From an uncultured Verrucomicrobiales bacterium (GTDB lineage: Bacteria > Verrucomicrobiota > Verrucomicrobiia > Verrucomicrobiales > DEV007), in the NCBI GenBank assembly GCA_938091905.1, contig CALKOM010000006.1:44009-108008 (forward strand): a stretch of DNA of 64,000 bases. The letters are read 5' to 3'. Positions 1-10,112 of the stretch are shown piece after piece. The stretch's first letter is position 1. Each line of letters begins with the position of its first letter. The notes below the pieces were generated by a model. It saw only the letters and a list, made by a program, of their open reading frames with translations. It searched no databases and was not told the DNA's origin. The position numbers and the translations under genes were made by a program.

Positions 1-726
1 AGGCTCGCCGATCCAGTGTTCTGTCTTCGTTGAGTTCGTGGTGTGGAGGATCTTGAGGCCTTCGGTCCCGCCCACGGCAAGTTCCGGTCCGAAGGGATCA
101 AAGTTGTGTGTCTTGTGTAGGGACTCATCAAGCAAGGTGAGATTCCAATTGGTCGCATTCTTGATCTCGCTTTGAGGCATTCTGTAAGAAAAGATCCGCA
201 CACCATTGTCACCTTCGCCACCCTTGTTGCCGCTACCATGCAGGGGCAAGACGACTAGTTCTGGTTGACCTGTCTTTGGTAGAATCCAGTGCATGCGGTG
301 CACAGTGGGTTCGTTAGGAAGCCTCACGACTTTCCAGCGTTGCGTGCGATCTTCTGGCGCGATCAAGTAATGGACGGATCCGGATTCACGACGGGAAATG
401 GTATTGCCAGGATTCCAGTTGGCACCGACAGCGATCTCGACTTTACCGTCACCGTCCAGATCACGGGCGGCAATGCAGACGTTGTCTTTGAGCGTGAGTT
501 TGCTTGCAATGACATGCTTGGCCCATGTGGGATTCTCGTACCAGACGATGTCGAACTGATCTGCCATAAGGATGTCGACTCTGCCATCGCCATCCACATC
601 TCCAATGGTGAGACCGTATCCGATCTTGATATCAGGGTCGATCGTCTCTGCACGAAATTGGGGAATTGCTGCGGAGCTCATCCCGAGTGAACCTATGATT
701 GTGGCAAGAAAGGGCGTCCATTTCAT
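1..726 (-). CDS. FG-GAP/VCBS repeat secreted protein (3' end runs off the window)
   Basis: Manual translation, not in the ORF track: MKWTPFLATIIGSLGMSSAAIPQFRAETID...GDVDGDGRVDILM...ARDLDGDGKVEIAVG; open to base 1; signal-peptide-like N-terminus. Confidence 0.8.
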   Translation of the reverse strand, partial: MKWTPFLATIIGSLGMSSAAIPQFRAETIDPDIKIGYGLTIGDVDGDGRVDILMADQFDIVWYENPTWAKHVIASKLTLKDNVCIAARDLDGDGKVEIAVGANWNPGNTISRRESGSVHYLIAPEDRTQRWKVVRLPNEPTVHRMHWILPKTGQPELVVLPLHGSGNKGGEGDNGVRIFSYRMPQSEIKNATNWNLTLLDESLHKTHNFDPFGPELAVGGTEGLKILHTTNSTKTEHWIGEP

Positions 727-788
727 GCCACCAGGCTAACTCCGTGTCCGTGATAGCCGCAAGCAGGGTGTGGGCGAAAGTGATGTTC

Positions 789-1433
789 CTAGGCCGAATT
801 TTCGGAAATATCGCCGATGAGCATTCTCTCCAGGTACCTCTTGAGGTGGGCCAAGCGTGTGTGAAGGCAAGCAGTCTCGAGGAGCAGGTGGCGCTCCTCC
901 GGCCTGTCTATGAAATGGTAGCCGATCAAATCTCCGAGCATTTCCGGATCTTCCAGCCCACAGACCTGCTCCTGAATGGGCCGGGAGGCCTCCTTGTTGT
1001 CCAAGGCCATCAGTTCCATGGCCTGTGAACGCACGTCTTCGACAAGATTGGAGATCTCGCCTGGGTCACCATTGACGGTTGTGATTGGGGTGACGGCGGC
1101 TGTTGTGTAGGGGCGATCGGTCTGGAAATCGGTCAGGCGGATCCGCTGAAGGCCTTGAAGGAGGAGATTGGAACAACCATCTGGTTGAGCCACGCAGGCC
1201 CGGATGAAGCCCGCCGTGGAGGCTGGATGGATCCAATCAGTGGGATCGCCTGGATCTTTAGCGTTGTTCAGCGTGCCTATGCAAAACATGCGTTCCCCTT
1301 GGAGGGCCTCTTCGAGCATCATCCGGTAACATGGCTCGAAGATGTGAAGGGGAAGCAGTCCGTGTGGAAGCAGATTGCAGCCCGATAGAGTCATGACGGG
1401 TAGGCGTTTGGGTATGGGCGGGCGATGGAGCAT
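789..1433 (-). CDS. Stand-alone LON peptidase substrate-binding domain protein
   Basis: LPVMTL...LLPHGLLPLHIFEPCYRMM...DGCSNLLLQGLQRIRL pattern of the Lon N domain; no AAA+ or protease domain. Confidence 0.85.
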   Translation of the reverse strand: MLHRPPIPKRLPVMTLSGCNLLPHGLLPLHIFEPCYRMMLEEALQGERMFCIGTLNNAKDPGDPTDWIHPASTAGFIRACVAQPDGCSNLLLQGLQRIRLTDFQTDRPYTTAAVTPITTVNGDPGEISNLVEDVRSQAMELMALDNKEASRPIQEQVCGLEDPEMLGDLIGYHFIDRPEERHLLLETACLHTRLAHLKRYLERMLIGDISENSA

Positions 1434-1585
1434 GAGAGTTTTTTTTTATTAACGTTTCTCACGCTCTTTGGGACGAATCTGGGATGTCGAGCTTTTCAGG
1501 TTGCTAGGTGGGCAGAATATGATTGTATTCTCCGCCCCGGACCTAGGGTTTTTCCAAGTTTCGGTAGGACTATTTAGGCAAATAA

Positions 1586-1843
1586 ATGAGTGAATTAAGT
1601 ATTAACCTTTCAGACTTCAAGGTCCACGAGACGGACACTGGGAGTTCCAGCGTGCAAATCGCCCGTCTAACGGAGCGCATCAACCACCTGACCGATCATC
1701 TGTCCATCCACAAGAAGGACGTTTCTTCTCGGCGTGGTCTCCTCATGCTCGTGGCTCAGCGTCGTAAGTTGCTCGATTACACCAAGCGCACGGACGAGGA
1801 ACGCTATAATGGCCTCCTGAAATCTTTAGAGCTCCGTCGCTAA
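1586..1843 (+). CDS. rpsO: 30S ribosomal protein S15
   Basis: [23 protein letters not shown]...[24 protein letters not shown]; directly upstream of pnp. Confidence 0.98.
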   Translation: MSELSINLSDFKVHETDTGSSSVQIARLTERINHLTDHLSIHKKDVSSRRGLLMLVAQRRKLLDYTKRTDEERYNGLLKSLELRR

Positions 1844-1936
1844 TTTGCGGTAACGCCCAGCTCCTCATACCGTCAATGCCTACCGCAACCCTGTCTTTTG
1901 ACACCATGCGAGTAGGGTCCACGGCACCCTTTTTAG

Positions 1937-1974
1937 ACTCAGCCCTGGGCCTCTCTGGTCTGGAGCTGAGTTTT
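1937..1974 (+). terminator. Putative intrinsic terminator/attenuator after rpsO
   Basis: ACTCAGC(1937-1943)...GCTGAGT(1965-1971) stem followed by a short T run. Confidence 0.5.
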
Positions 1975-1977
1975 CCT

Positions 1978-2089
1978 ATTCCCAGAGGCGTACCGATGTC
2001 TACTGGCAGGTAAACTCCGATTTCTGAGGGTGCAGACCCTAGGGAGATCGAAGTTTGCAGGCCGGTGGAGGTCGTTCGGTGACGGGAAA
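1978..2089 (+). promoter_or_regulatory. Long imperfect hairpin in the pnp 5' leader (candidate RNase III site)
   Basis: Nested pairings ACCGA/TCGGT, TCTACTGGC/GCCGGTGGA, AAACT/AGTTT, CGATTTC/GAGATCG, AGGGT/ACCCT. Confidence 0.55.
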
Positions 2090-2123
2090 TCATCAACCAC
2101 CCCAACTCAACGACTACCAACCT

Positions 2124-4289
2124 ATGAGTATTGAAAGCGTATCGGGCCAGATCGGCTCGGGCACCATTAAGATAGAGACCGGCAAGATGGCCAGACAGGC
2201 TGACGGCGCGGTCACCGTGCAACTCGGCGACACCATCGTCATCGTCACTGCTGTTTCTCAAACGAAGACTCGAGAGGGCCAAGACTGGTTCCCACTCAGT
2301 GTGGAATACAAGGAGAAGGCTTCTGCTGCAGGCCGTTTCCCTGGTGGCTACTTCAAGCGTGAAGGCCGCCCCACCGAGAAAGAGATTCTCACCTGCCGGA
2401 TGACGGATCGCCCACTGCGTCCGCTTTTCCCAAAGGGCTACCTATATGACACGCAGATCGTGTCTCTCCTCCTCAGTGCGGATGGCGAGAACGATGCGGA
2501 CATTCTGGGAATGAACGGGGCATCCGCTGCCCTTTGTGTGTCGGACATCCCCTTCGCTGGACCTATCGGCGCTGTCCGTGTCGGTCATGTCGATGGCAAA
2601 TTTATCGCCAACCCGACCCACGCTGAGCGTGAAGAGAGCGATCTCGATCTCGTCTATGTGGGAAATAAGACCGACGTCATCATGATCGAAGGTGCGGCAA
2701 ATGAGCTCGACGAAGCTGAGTTCATCAAGGCGTTGCACTTTGCTCAAGAGAACGTCACGAAACTTGTCGTGATGCAGGAAGAGCTCGTTGCCAAGGCTGG
2801 TAAAGAGAAGCGCGAAGTCGAACTCTCGGTCGCTAAGCAAGAATTGTTAGACATCGCCTATGAAGTGGCTGGCGATCGTATCGAAGAAGCGATCTACACC
2901 AAGGGCAAGGTTCCTCGCGGCAAAGCGGTTGAAGCGCTGCGCAAAGAAGTGACGGAAGCGATCACGGCCAAGTTCGAAGACGCCGGTGATTTCGAGATCA
3001 ACCAAGCCTTTGATTTCCTTCAGAAGAAAGCGTTCCGCGTGTCCATTATGGGCACTGGTAAGCGTTGCGATGGTCGTGGCACCAACGACCTGCGTCCTCT
3101 CTCTGCTGAGGCTGACCTTATCCCACGCACGCACGGTTCAGCCTTGTTCGCTCGCGGTGAAACGCAGGCTCTCGGTTTGTGCACCTTGGCCACGATGGAT
3201 GACCAGCAGTACTACGATAACTACACCGGTGGTGTGGATTCGAAGCGCTTCTTGCTCCATTACAACTTCCCTCCATTTAGTGTCGGTGAAACTGGCCGCA
3301 TGGGTGGCATCAATCGCCGTGAGATCGGTCACGGCGCCCTCGCAGAGCGCTCTATCGAGCCTGCGCTGCCTGATCCCGAGGATTTCCCTTACGCTATTCG
3401 TATCTCAAGCGAAGTGATGGAGTCGAACGGTTCCACCTCCATGGCCACGGTTTGTTCCGGCTCCATGGCCTTGTATGACGCGGGTGTCCCTCTCAAACGT
3501 CCTGTTGCTGGTATCTCTGTCGGACTCGTTTCGGAGAACGACGATGATGGGAACATGGTCAAGTACCACACGTTGCTCGACATCATTGGCTCCGAAGACT
3601 TCTTCGGTGACATGGACTTCAAACTTTGTGGCACGGAGAACGGTGTCACCGGTTACCAGTTGGACCTCAAGCTTCCTGGCTTGCCCATGAACATCCTTGA
3701 AGAGGCGATCCACCAAGCGAAAGAAGCTCGCGGCAAAGTTCTCGATGTCATGAATGAAGCGATCAGTGGCCCAGCTGAGTTGAGCCAATTCGCACCGCGC
3801 ATTGAGTCGATCAAGGTGCCTCAAGATCGTATCGGTGAACTCATCGGGCCTGGCGGTAAGGTCATCCGTGGCATCCAAGCCGAAAGTGGTGCCGAGATTA
3901 ACATCGAAGATGATGGGACAGTGCACATCTACGCGATCAAGCTAGAAGGCCTAGAGCGCGCTACGAAGATGATTAAGAACATCTTTGCTGAGATCGAAGT
4001 GGGTGCCCTCTACGAAGGAAAGATTGTTTCCACGACCAAATTTGGAGCGTTCATGGCCGTCTTGCCTGGCAAGGACGGCATGATTCACATTTCTGAACTT
4101 GCGGACTTCCGCGTAAAGTCGGTGGAAGACGTGGTCAAGGTCGGCGATATGGTCACTGCCAAGTGCATCGGCGTAGACGAGAAAGGTCGCGTCAAGATGA
4201 GCCGCAAAGCCGCCATGAAAGACAAGGCGAGCGAGAGCGGCGGCGACGAACCGCCCGAAGTGGCGGACGCCGAAGAAGTCGAAGCCTAA
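2124..4289 (+). CDS. pnp: Polyribonucleotide nucleotidyltransferase (PNPase)
   Basis: ETGKMARQADGAV, FKREGRP, RREIGHGALAER, GDMDFK, KH (IGPGGK) and S1 domains; start moved to ATG 2124. Confidence 0.98.
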   Translation: MSIESVSGQIGSGTIKIETGKMARQADGAVTVQLGDTIVIVTAVSQTKTREGQDWFPLSVEYKEKASAAGRFPGGYFKREGRPTEKEILTCRMTDRPLRPLFPKGYLYDTQIVSLLLSADGENDADILGMNGASAALCVSDIPFAGPIGAVRVGHVDGKFIANPTHAEREESDLDLVYVGNKTDVIMIEGAANELDEAEFIKALHFAQENVTKLVVMQEELVAKAGKEKREVELSVAKQELLDIAYEVAGDRIEEAIYTKGKVPRGKAVEALRKEVTEAITAKFEDAGDFEINQAFDFLQKKAFRVSIMGTGKRCDGRGTNDLRPLSAEADLIPRTHGSALFARGETQALGLCTLATMDDQQYYDNYTGGVDSKRFLLHYNFPPFSVGETGRMGGINRREIGHGALAERSIEPALPDPEDFPYAIRISSEVMESNGSTSMATVCSGSMALYDAGVPLKRPVAGISVGLVSENDDDGNMVKYHTLLDIIGSEDFFGDMDFKLCGTENGVTGYQLDLKLPGLPMNILEEAIHQAKEARGKVLDVMNEAISGPAELSQFAPRIESIKVPQDRIGELIGPGGKVIRGIQAESGAEINIEDDGTVHIYAIKLEGLERATKMIKNIFAEIEVGALYEGKIVSTTKFGAFMAVLPGKDGMIHISELADFRVKSVEDVVKVGDMVTAKCIGVDEKGRVKMSRKAAMKDKASESGGDEPPEVADAEEVEA

Positions 4290-4339
4290 TCTGGTCTATA
4301 GCGGGACTCACCAGAGCCGTTTCGGCCCAAAAGGTCATC

Positions 4340-4367
4340 GTAGGCTCCTCAGCAATGGGGAGCCTAC
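4340..4367 (+). terminator. Hairpin after pnp
   Basis: GTAGGCTCCTCA-GCAA-TGGGGAGCCTAC followed by TTCCGTTT. Confidence 0.6.
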
Positions 4368-4441
4368 TTCCGTTTCCAGGGGTTCAAACTTGAAGCTCTT
4401 TCGGATCTCCGATAAATCCTCCCCATCCCAACCTTCCAATC

Positions 4442-5620
4442 ATGAAATTATCCAAACGGCTCGCCTGTTTCTCAACGCTACCTTTCCTGCTTACTCCTGT
4501 TATAGCGGACGGCCCCTTTTACGGTGACCCGCCCGATGCAAATCATCCCTGGGGAGTCCACGATCACAATCGGCCTCAGCCGAAGATTGTCACCCCTGGC
4601 ACATGCAGTTCCCAGGAAGTACCGGGTAAGCCGCCCAGTGATGCGGTGGTGCTCTTCGATGGCACCGAAGCGACCATGAAGAATTGGGTGCCTGCTGGAA
4701 AGCCTAAGAACGATAAGCGCTGGACCCTAACGAACGGAGCCTTACAATGTACCCCGGGTGCTGGCACTGTAAAGACCACTGCGGAGTTCGGCGACTGTCA
4801 GCTACACATCGAGTGGACCGCACCCACCGAGATCAAAGGCAAGAGCCAAGGTCGGGGAAATAGTGGCGTCTTCTTTCTCGGTGGAGCCATTGAGGTTCAA
4901 GTGTTAGATAATTATAATAACCCATCCTATGCTGACGGCATGGCAGGTTCTGTCTATGGAGTGGCCCCGCCCATGGCCAACCCTCTGCGCAAGCCCGGCG
5001 AATGGCAGGCGTATGACATCATCTTTCGCCGTCCCGTTTACAAAGACGGCATGGAAGTCGATCCTGGCCGCGTCACCGTGCTAATCAATGGCGTTGTCGT
5101 GCAGGACAGTACCCCTCTTGAAGGTGGTGGCGGTCATCGCGGTCGTTCCAAATCTAGGCCATTCCCTGAGTCGGGCCCGCTTATGTTACAAGACCACGGA
5201 AACACCACCGCTTTCCGCAACATTTGGTATCGCCCCTTGCCACCACGTGCCGTTGAAGGCGGCACCGATGGCCGTCTCACGAAAGAGGCAGCTATGGTCA
5301 AGCGTCAGGAAATTGCTGCCGATATTCGCAAAGATGCGGGAACGAAGACTGGCAAAGACCAAATGTATCGTCTATTTGAGTCTCTCTGTTACGCGCCGCA
5401 CGACGAAACCCTCGCTGCAGCAACGGCCATGAGTGCTACCTATGTGGCGGAATTGAAAAGCGCTGATAAAGATGCTTTGGAGAAGCGCAAGGGTGAGGTC
5501 ATGCAAGCTCGTCAAGCCTTCAATTACCTTGTGAAACACGAGTTTGTTCCCACCAGCTTCACTGGCAAAGATGCTGTCGAAGCCATCATCGAAGCCCAAG
5601 GCTGGAACAAGAAGAAGTAG
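4442..5620 (+). CDS. DUF1080 (3-keto-disaccharide hydrolase-like) secreted protein with a helical C-terminal extension
   Basis: PPSDAVVLFDG, FGDCQLHIEW, GRGNSGVF, EVQVLDNY, LQDHG, FRNIWYR; signal peptide. Confidence 0.9.
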   Translation: MKLSKRLACFSTLPFLLTPVIADGPFYGDPPDANHPWGVHDHNRPQPKIVTPGTCSSQEVPGKPPSDAVVLFDGTEATMKNWVPAGKPKNDKRWTLTNGALQCTPGAGTVKTTAEFGDCQLHIEWTAPTEIKGKSQGRGNSGVFFLGGAIEVQVLDNYNNPSYADGMAGSVYGVAPPMANPLRKPGEWQAYDIIFRRPVYKDGMEVDPGRVTVLINGVVVQDSTPLEGGGGHRGRSKSRPFPESGPLMLQDHGNTTAFRNIWYRPLPPRAVEGGTDGRLTKEAAMVKRQEIAADIRKDAGTKTGKDQMYRLFESLCYAPHDETLAAATAMSATYVAELKSADKDALEKRKGEVMQARQAFNYLVKHEFVPTSFTGKDAVEAIIEAQGWNKKK

Positions 5621-5622
5621 TC

Positions 5623-6885
5623 GTGGATCACTCCGTGATCCCGCGCTCCATCAGTTTGGCAACGCTTCAGCTGTTAGCTGGAGCGTTTCTAGGCCACACC
5701 AACGTTCACGCCGATTGGCCCCAGTTTATGGGGCCAAATCGGAATGGGGTGAGCGCGGATTCGATTGCTCTAGCAGATGCGCTGCCCGAGGATGGGCTCG
5801 CGAAGGGGTGGTCCCACAAGCTTGGTGCTGGCTTTGCGGGGCCGATTGTAACCGGAGAACGTTGTCTGATCTTTCACCGTGAGGGCACTACGGCTCGTCT
5901 AGAATCCCTGCATGCGAAGACGGGGAAGGCCGAGTGGTCTTTCGACTATCAAACAGGCTATGTAGACCAGTTCGGATTTGATCCTGGTCCGAGGTCGACG
6001 CCGACTGTGGTAGACGATCGGGTTTTCATTCATGGAGTTGAAGGCACGCTTCATGCCGTCGATCTCAAGACAGGCAAGGCCCTCTGGAAACATGACCTTG
6101 CGAAGGACTTCAATTCGCCCCCGGGATTCTTTGGGCGGTCGTCTTCGCCACTTGTTGTGGGGGATAAGGTGATGGTCGACATTGGGGGCCGCTACAGAGG
6201 CAAGCCGGCAACTCTCGTCGCTTTCGATGTCAAGACTGGTAAGGTTACTTGGACGGCGGGTGAAGGCGAAGCAGATTACGGAGCACCGATGCTTCTGCAG
6301 GTGCCAAGTGATTCCCCGACTGCTCTGTTCTTTGTCAGGAATGGGTTCCTTGGTGTTGATCCGGCCAACGGAATGGTTCGTTTTCAGGAGCCTTTCCGGT
6401 CACGTATCAACGCGTCTGTCAATGCGGCGAGTCCGGTCGTGGTGGGAGAGCGATTCTTCCTCTCTTCCTGCTATGACGTGGGGGCGGGCGTTTGGGAATG
6501 GGACGAAGGGAAATTGCGTTCTGTTTACAAAAAGCAGGGGGTGCTAGACTGTCACTTTAACACTCCTGTTTATTTCGAAGGGCATCTTTACGGCTTTCAT
6601 GGCCGTCAGGAAACGGGCCAGGAACTTCGTTGTCTGGAATTGAACACAGGTGAGGTGAAATGGAAGGCACCGTTGCCCGCAGGCTCCGTCACTATCGCCG
6701 ATGGCAAACTTCTTGTCCTGACTGAGCGCGGTGAGTTGCTCGTGGGAAAGGCATCGCCTAGTGCTTGGCAGATACACTACCGAGCCCAGGTTGGCGGCGC
6801 CGAAACGCGGGCGCTTCCAGCCATCGCCGGCAAGTATTTCTATGTCAGAGACAAACGCCAGCTCAGTTGTGTCCAGTTACCTTAG
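5623..6885 (+). CDS. PQQ-like beta-propeller repeat protein
   Basis: DWPQFMGPNRNG N-terminus; repeated xxxTGKxxW motifs; GPRSTPTV. Confidence 0.88.
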   Translation: MDHSVIPRSISLATLQLLAGAFLGHTNVHADWPQFMGPNRNGVSADSIALADALPEDGLAKGWSHKLGAGFAGPIVTGERCLIFHREGTTARLESLHAKTGKAEWSFDYQTGYVDQFGFDPGPRSTPTVVDDRVFIHGVEGTLHAVDLKTGKALWKHDLAKDFNSPPGFFGRSSSPLVVGDKVMVDIGGRYRGKPATLVAFDVKTGKVTWTAGEGEADYGAPMLLQVPSDSPTALFFVRNGFLGVDPANGMVRFQEPFRSRINASVNAASPVVVGERFFLSSCYDVGAGVWEWDEGKLRSVYKKQGVLDCHFNTPVYFEGHLYGFHGRQETGQELRCLELNTGEVKWKAPLPAGSVTIADGKLLVLTERGELLVGKASPSAWQIHYRAQVGGAETRALPAIAGKYFYVRDKRQLSCVQLP

Positions 6886-7663
6886 AAGACGAAGCTTCTG
6901 GGTTGTTCTCTTCACGTTATGCTGCAGTATTCGCGTGCTTGGCGGCGCTGAAGAGATTCCACCGCTAAATAAGCTCGTGCTATGGGCTATCAGCACAATG
7001 CCTTCAGGTGTTGGTTATGATGCGAGTCAGCAGGCTGTCGATCGCTTGGCTGCGAGTGTGACCGTCAGCAAAGATGGGAAGACCATTGAACAAGACCTCT
7101 CCGTAGCCAAAGCCAATTTCTGTTCCGGTGCGACCTATTTGGTGTTCCTGCGCGTCATTGAGGAGTTGCGTAGTAGAGATAGCCTAAAGCTTTTGCCAAA
7201 AGTCCTCGCGCGTTATGCCCATCTCGGCGTGGCCGATGGCGAGGAGATCTTTGGGCGCTGGAATGCGAACGGCCCCGGGACAGCCAAGCTCTTTGCTGAA
7301 CTACGTTGCGGCACCAATTTCACCTCTTACGAAAAGGCAAGGCCGGGCGACTTCATGAAGATGTGGTGGAGTAATGAGATTGGATCGAAGGAGAGAGGGC
7401 ATCTCGTGGTCTATCTTGGCAAGACGATACTCAAGGGCAAAGAGGCTGTCCGTTTCTGGTCATCGAATAACCCAGACGGCTATGGCGTGAAGACTGTTCC
7501 CAAGACGAGGATCAAACGGGTTCTCTTCAGTCGCTTAGACAAGTACAGGCGCCTCAAGGACGCCGGGAAGCTTTCGCTGAAGAACGTCTTTCTGGCTGAC
7601 ATGCTGAGAAAACCCTTCACCTGGGATCAGGTGGTGAGGGAATGCCGCGTTTCCGAGAAGTAA
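6842..7663 (+). CDS. Hypothetical exported protein with an NlpC/P60-like Cys/His motif arrangement (start uncertain)
   Basis: NFCSG...ARPGDFMKMWW...GHLVVYLG; hydrophobic N-terminal segment. Confidence 0.6.
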   Translation: MSETNASSVVSSYLRRRSFWVVLFTLCCSIRVLGGAEEIPPLNKLVLWAISTMPSGVGYDASQQAVDRLAASVTVSKDGKTIEQDLSVAKANFCSGATYLVFLRVIEELRSRDSLKLLPKVLARYAHLGVADGEEIFGRWNANGPGTAKLFAELRCGTNFTSYEKARPGDFMKMWWSNEIGSKERGHLVVYLGKTILKGKEAVRFWSSNNPDGYGVKTVPKTRIKRVLFSRLDKYRRLKDAGKLSLKNVFLADMLRKPFTWDQVVRECRVSEK

Positions 7664-7715
7664 GGCATCACTGGGGACGTTGACACCCTCGTCCATTGTG
7701 GCCTACAACGGCACC

Positions 7716-9083
7716 ATGATGAAACGACGTGACTTCCTCCAAACCGGCGGGGCTGCTGGCCTTGCACTTTCCGCATCGAAATGGTCCGCCTATGCTCAGG
7801 GTGAACTAGATGCCAAACCCAAGCGGGTTGGCCTTATCGGATCGGGATGGTATGGAAAGGTCGATCTTCTACGCCTGATCCAAGTTTCCCCAGTGGAGGT
7901 CGTTTCTCTTTGCGATGTCGATAGCAAGATGCTCAAGGAGGCCGGCGAGATCGTCGCGTCGCGGCAGAAATCTGGTAAGACACCGCGCCTCTATCATGAC
8001 TACCGCAAGATGCTGGCGGAGAAGGATCTCGATATTGTACTGATCGCCACACCAGATCATTGGCATGCCTTGCCGATGATCGAGGCAGTGGAAGCTGGAG
8101 CTGATGTCTACGTGCAGAAGCCCACTGGTGTGGATGTCGTCGAGAGCCAGGCCATGCTCGCGGCCGCGCGGAAACATGGGAGCGTGGTGCAAGTTGGCAC
8201 GCAGCGACGCAGCACGCCGCATTTGATCGAAGCCATGAACGAAGTCGTCAAGGCTGGAAAGTTGGGCAACATTGCGCATGCGGAGATTTGTTGTTACTAT
8301 CACATGCGCAACCGGAGTAACCATCCGGATACTACCCCTCCGGAGCACTTAGATTTCGACATGTGGACAGGCCCCGCGCCCATGCGTCCCTTCAATCAGA
8401 TCATGCACCCACGTGGATGGCGTGCCTTCATGGAGTATTCCAATGGGATTGTCGGTGACATGTGCGTCCACATGCTCGACGCCGTGCGCTGGATGCTCGA
8501 TCTTGGTTGGCCAACGCATATCAGCAGCACCGGTGGCATCCTCGTGCAGAAAGATGCCAAGGCAAATACCACAGACACGCAATCTGCTAGTTTCGACTTC
8601 GGTGATATTACGGTGGATTGGAATCACCGTTCCTGGGGAGCGGCACCGGACCCGGAATACCCATGGGCCTTCTTTATTTACGGCGACAAGGGCACGCTGA
8701 AAGCCAGCGTGAACAAGTATGAGTTCATTCCTCGTGGAAAAGGTGCCAAGCCGATGAGTGGCAAAGCGCTCATCGAGTTCGATAAGTATCCTGAGGACGA
8801 GAATGAGAAGGATCTCGAAACCCACGTTGCTTCTGCCGTGCGAGGACACATGACGGATTTTCTGGCACGCGTTGCCGACCGTGGGCGCCCCGTGGCTGAC
8901 ATTGAGCAAGGGCACATCTCTTCCGCTTCCTCAATCCTTGCTAACATTGCCTTGGATCTGGGGCGGACGTTAGAATGGGACCCCGTTGCCGGGCGAGTGA
9001 TCGGCGATCCAGAGGCGAACAGACGCCTGGCACGCCCTTATCGCGCTCCATGGGAACATCCCGATCCAAAGAGCTATTCGTAG
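7716..9083 (+). CDS. Gfo/Idh/MocA family oxidoreductase, Tat-exported
   Basis: KRRDFL Tat motif; GLIGSGWYG; ATPDHWHA; YVQKP; QVGTQRRS. Confidence 0.92.
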   Translation: MMKRRDFLQTGGAAGLALSASKWSAYAQGELDAKPKRVGLIGSGWYGKVDLLRLIQVSPVEVVSLCDVDSKMLKEAGEIVASRQKSGKTPRLYHDYRKMLAEKDLDIVLIATPDHWHALPMIEAVEAGADVYVQKPTGVDVVESQAMLAAARKHGSVVQVGTQRRSTPHLIEAMNEVVKAGKLGNIAHAEICCYYHMRNRSNHPDTTPPEHLDFDMWTGPAPMRPFNQIMHPRGWRAFMEYSNGIVGDMCVHMLDAVRWMLDLGWPTHISSTGGILVQKDAKANTTDTQSASFDFGDITVDWNHRSWGAAPDPEYPWAFFIYGDKGTLKASVNKYEFIPRGKGAKPMSGKALIEFDKYPEDENEKDLETHVASAVRGHMTDFLARVADRGRPVADIEQGHISSASSILANIALDLGRTLEWDPVAGRVIGDPEANRRLARPYRAPWEHPDPKSYS

Positions 9084-9152
9084 GCTGAGGCGAGAACCAC
9101 CGTTTCTATCCTGTCCGCTTGTTGGGAGATTGATCACTCAAGCGTCGAGGCG

Positions 9153-10055
9153 CTAGGCTAACCCAAACACGTGATCCATATTGGCGGATACTTCCTTTAG
9201 TCTAGCGATATCTCCTCCACCAACTTCTGCGGCACACCAGCCGTGAAAATTAATCTCTGTTAGCGCTTTGCAGACATCGGTGAAATCGAGATCGCCTTCA
9301 CCGATTTTAGTAAACTTGTTGGCTTTGCGGGAGAACCCTTTGACGTCGAGTTTGATGACGCGTTTGCCAAGCGCGCGAATCCAGTCACCCATGGATCCGT
9401 ATTTCCAGTGATTACCAATATCAAACTGCATCCCGACCCAGGGTGAATTGAATTCGTCGACATAGCGGACAAACTTCTCGGCATTCTGACCGGCAACACC
9501 TTCGTGATCGTAACAAAAGTGATTCCAGACATTCTCTATGGCGATCGCGACACCCAACTCGGCTGCCAAGGGAATGGCTTTGGCAATGTTCTCAATCGAG
9601 CGCGGCCATATCTCCTTCTCTGGTCCATCCTTCCCGTGGCCGACCACTAACAACAGCGTGTGACCGCCTACCGCCTTGGTCTGGCGAAGCCCTTCCTTCA
9701 ATGCTTCTAGCGCTTTTGCGCGAACAGCAACGTCTGGATCGGTGTGTCGGACGTTCCAGTGCCCGGAATTGACCGAGCCATCAACAGGCAGGCCGGATTC
9801 CACGATAGCTCTCTTGGTTTCTTCGATATTAATACCAGGCGCATTCATTTCAATGCCATCGAACCCCGCATCTTTGGCGACTTTGAACTTCTCGGTCAAT
9901 GATCCTGGCGCTTTCACCATGCCAATCTTCAGTGTCTTGAGCAGGCGTCCTTTTAACGGGAAAGAAGACTCAGCGCCAAAGGCGTAGAAGGGAGTTGCTG
10001 CCAAGGCTGTAGTGGTGTGAAGGAATCGGCGACGATTGTAGCGATCTGTTCTCAT
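9153..10055 (-). CDS. Sugar phosphate isomerase/epimerase (xylose isomerase-like TIM barrel), Tat-exported
   Basis: NRRRFL; AGFDGIE; IAIENVWN; FDIGNH; KLDVKGF. Confidence 0.88.
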   Translation of the reverse strand: MRTDRYNRRRFLHTTTALAATPFYAFGAESSFPLKGRLLKTLKIGMVKAPGSLTEKFKVAKDAGFDGIEMNAPGINIEETKRAIVESGLPVDGSVNSGHWNVRHTDPDVAVRAKALEALKEGLRQTKAVGGHTLLLVVGHGKDGPEKEIWPRSIENIAKAIPLAAELGVAIAIENVWNHFCYDHEGVAGQNAEKFVRYVDEFNSPWVGMQFDIGNHWKYGSMGDWIRALGKRVIKLDVKGFSRKANKFTKIGEGDLDFTDVCKALTEINFHGWCAAEVGGGDIARLKEVSANMDHVFGLA

Positions 10056-10112
10056 GAGATCTAAGCTCCCTGATGGTGTGTCATCAAGTCAAGGTCCAAC
10101 CGAAAGAGCCTG

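Noticed and set aside
289..690. 133-aa plus-strand ORF
   Set aside because: Antisense shadow of the FG-GAP gene at 1-726
1530..1585. Possible S15 autoregulatory leader
   Set aside because: Only weak pairing is visible; cannot be supported without a covariance model
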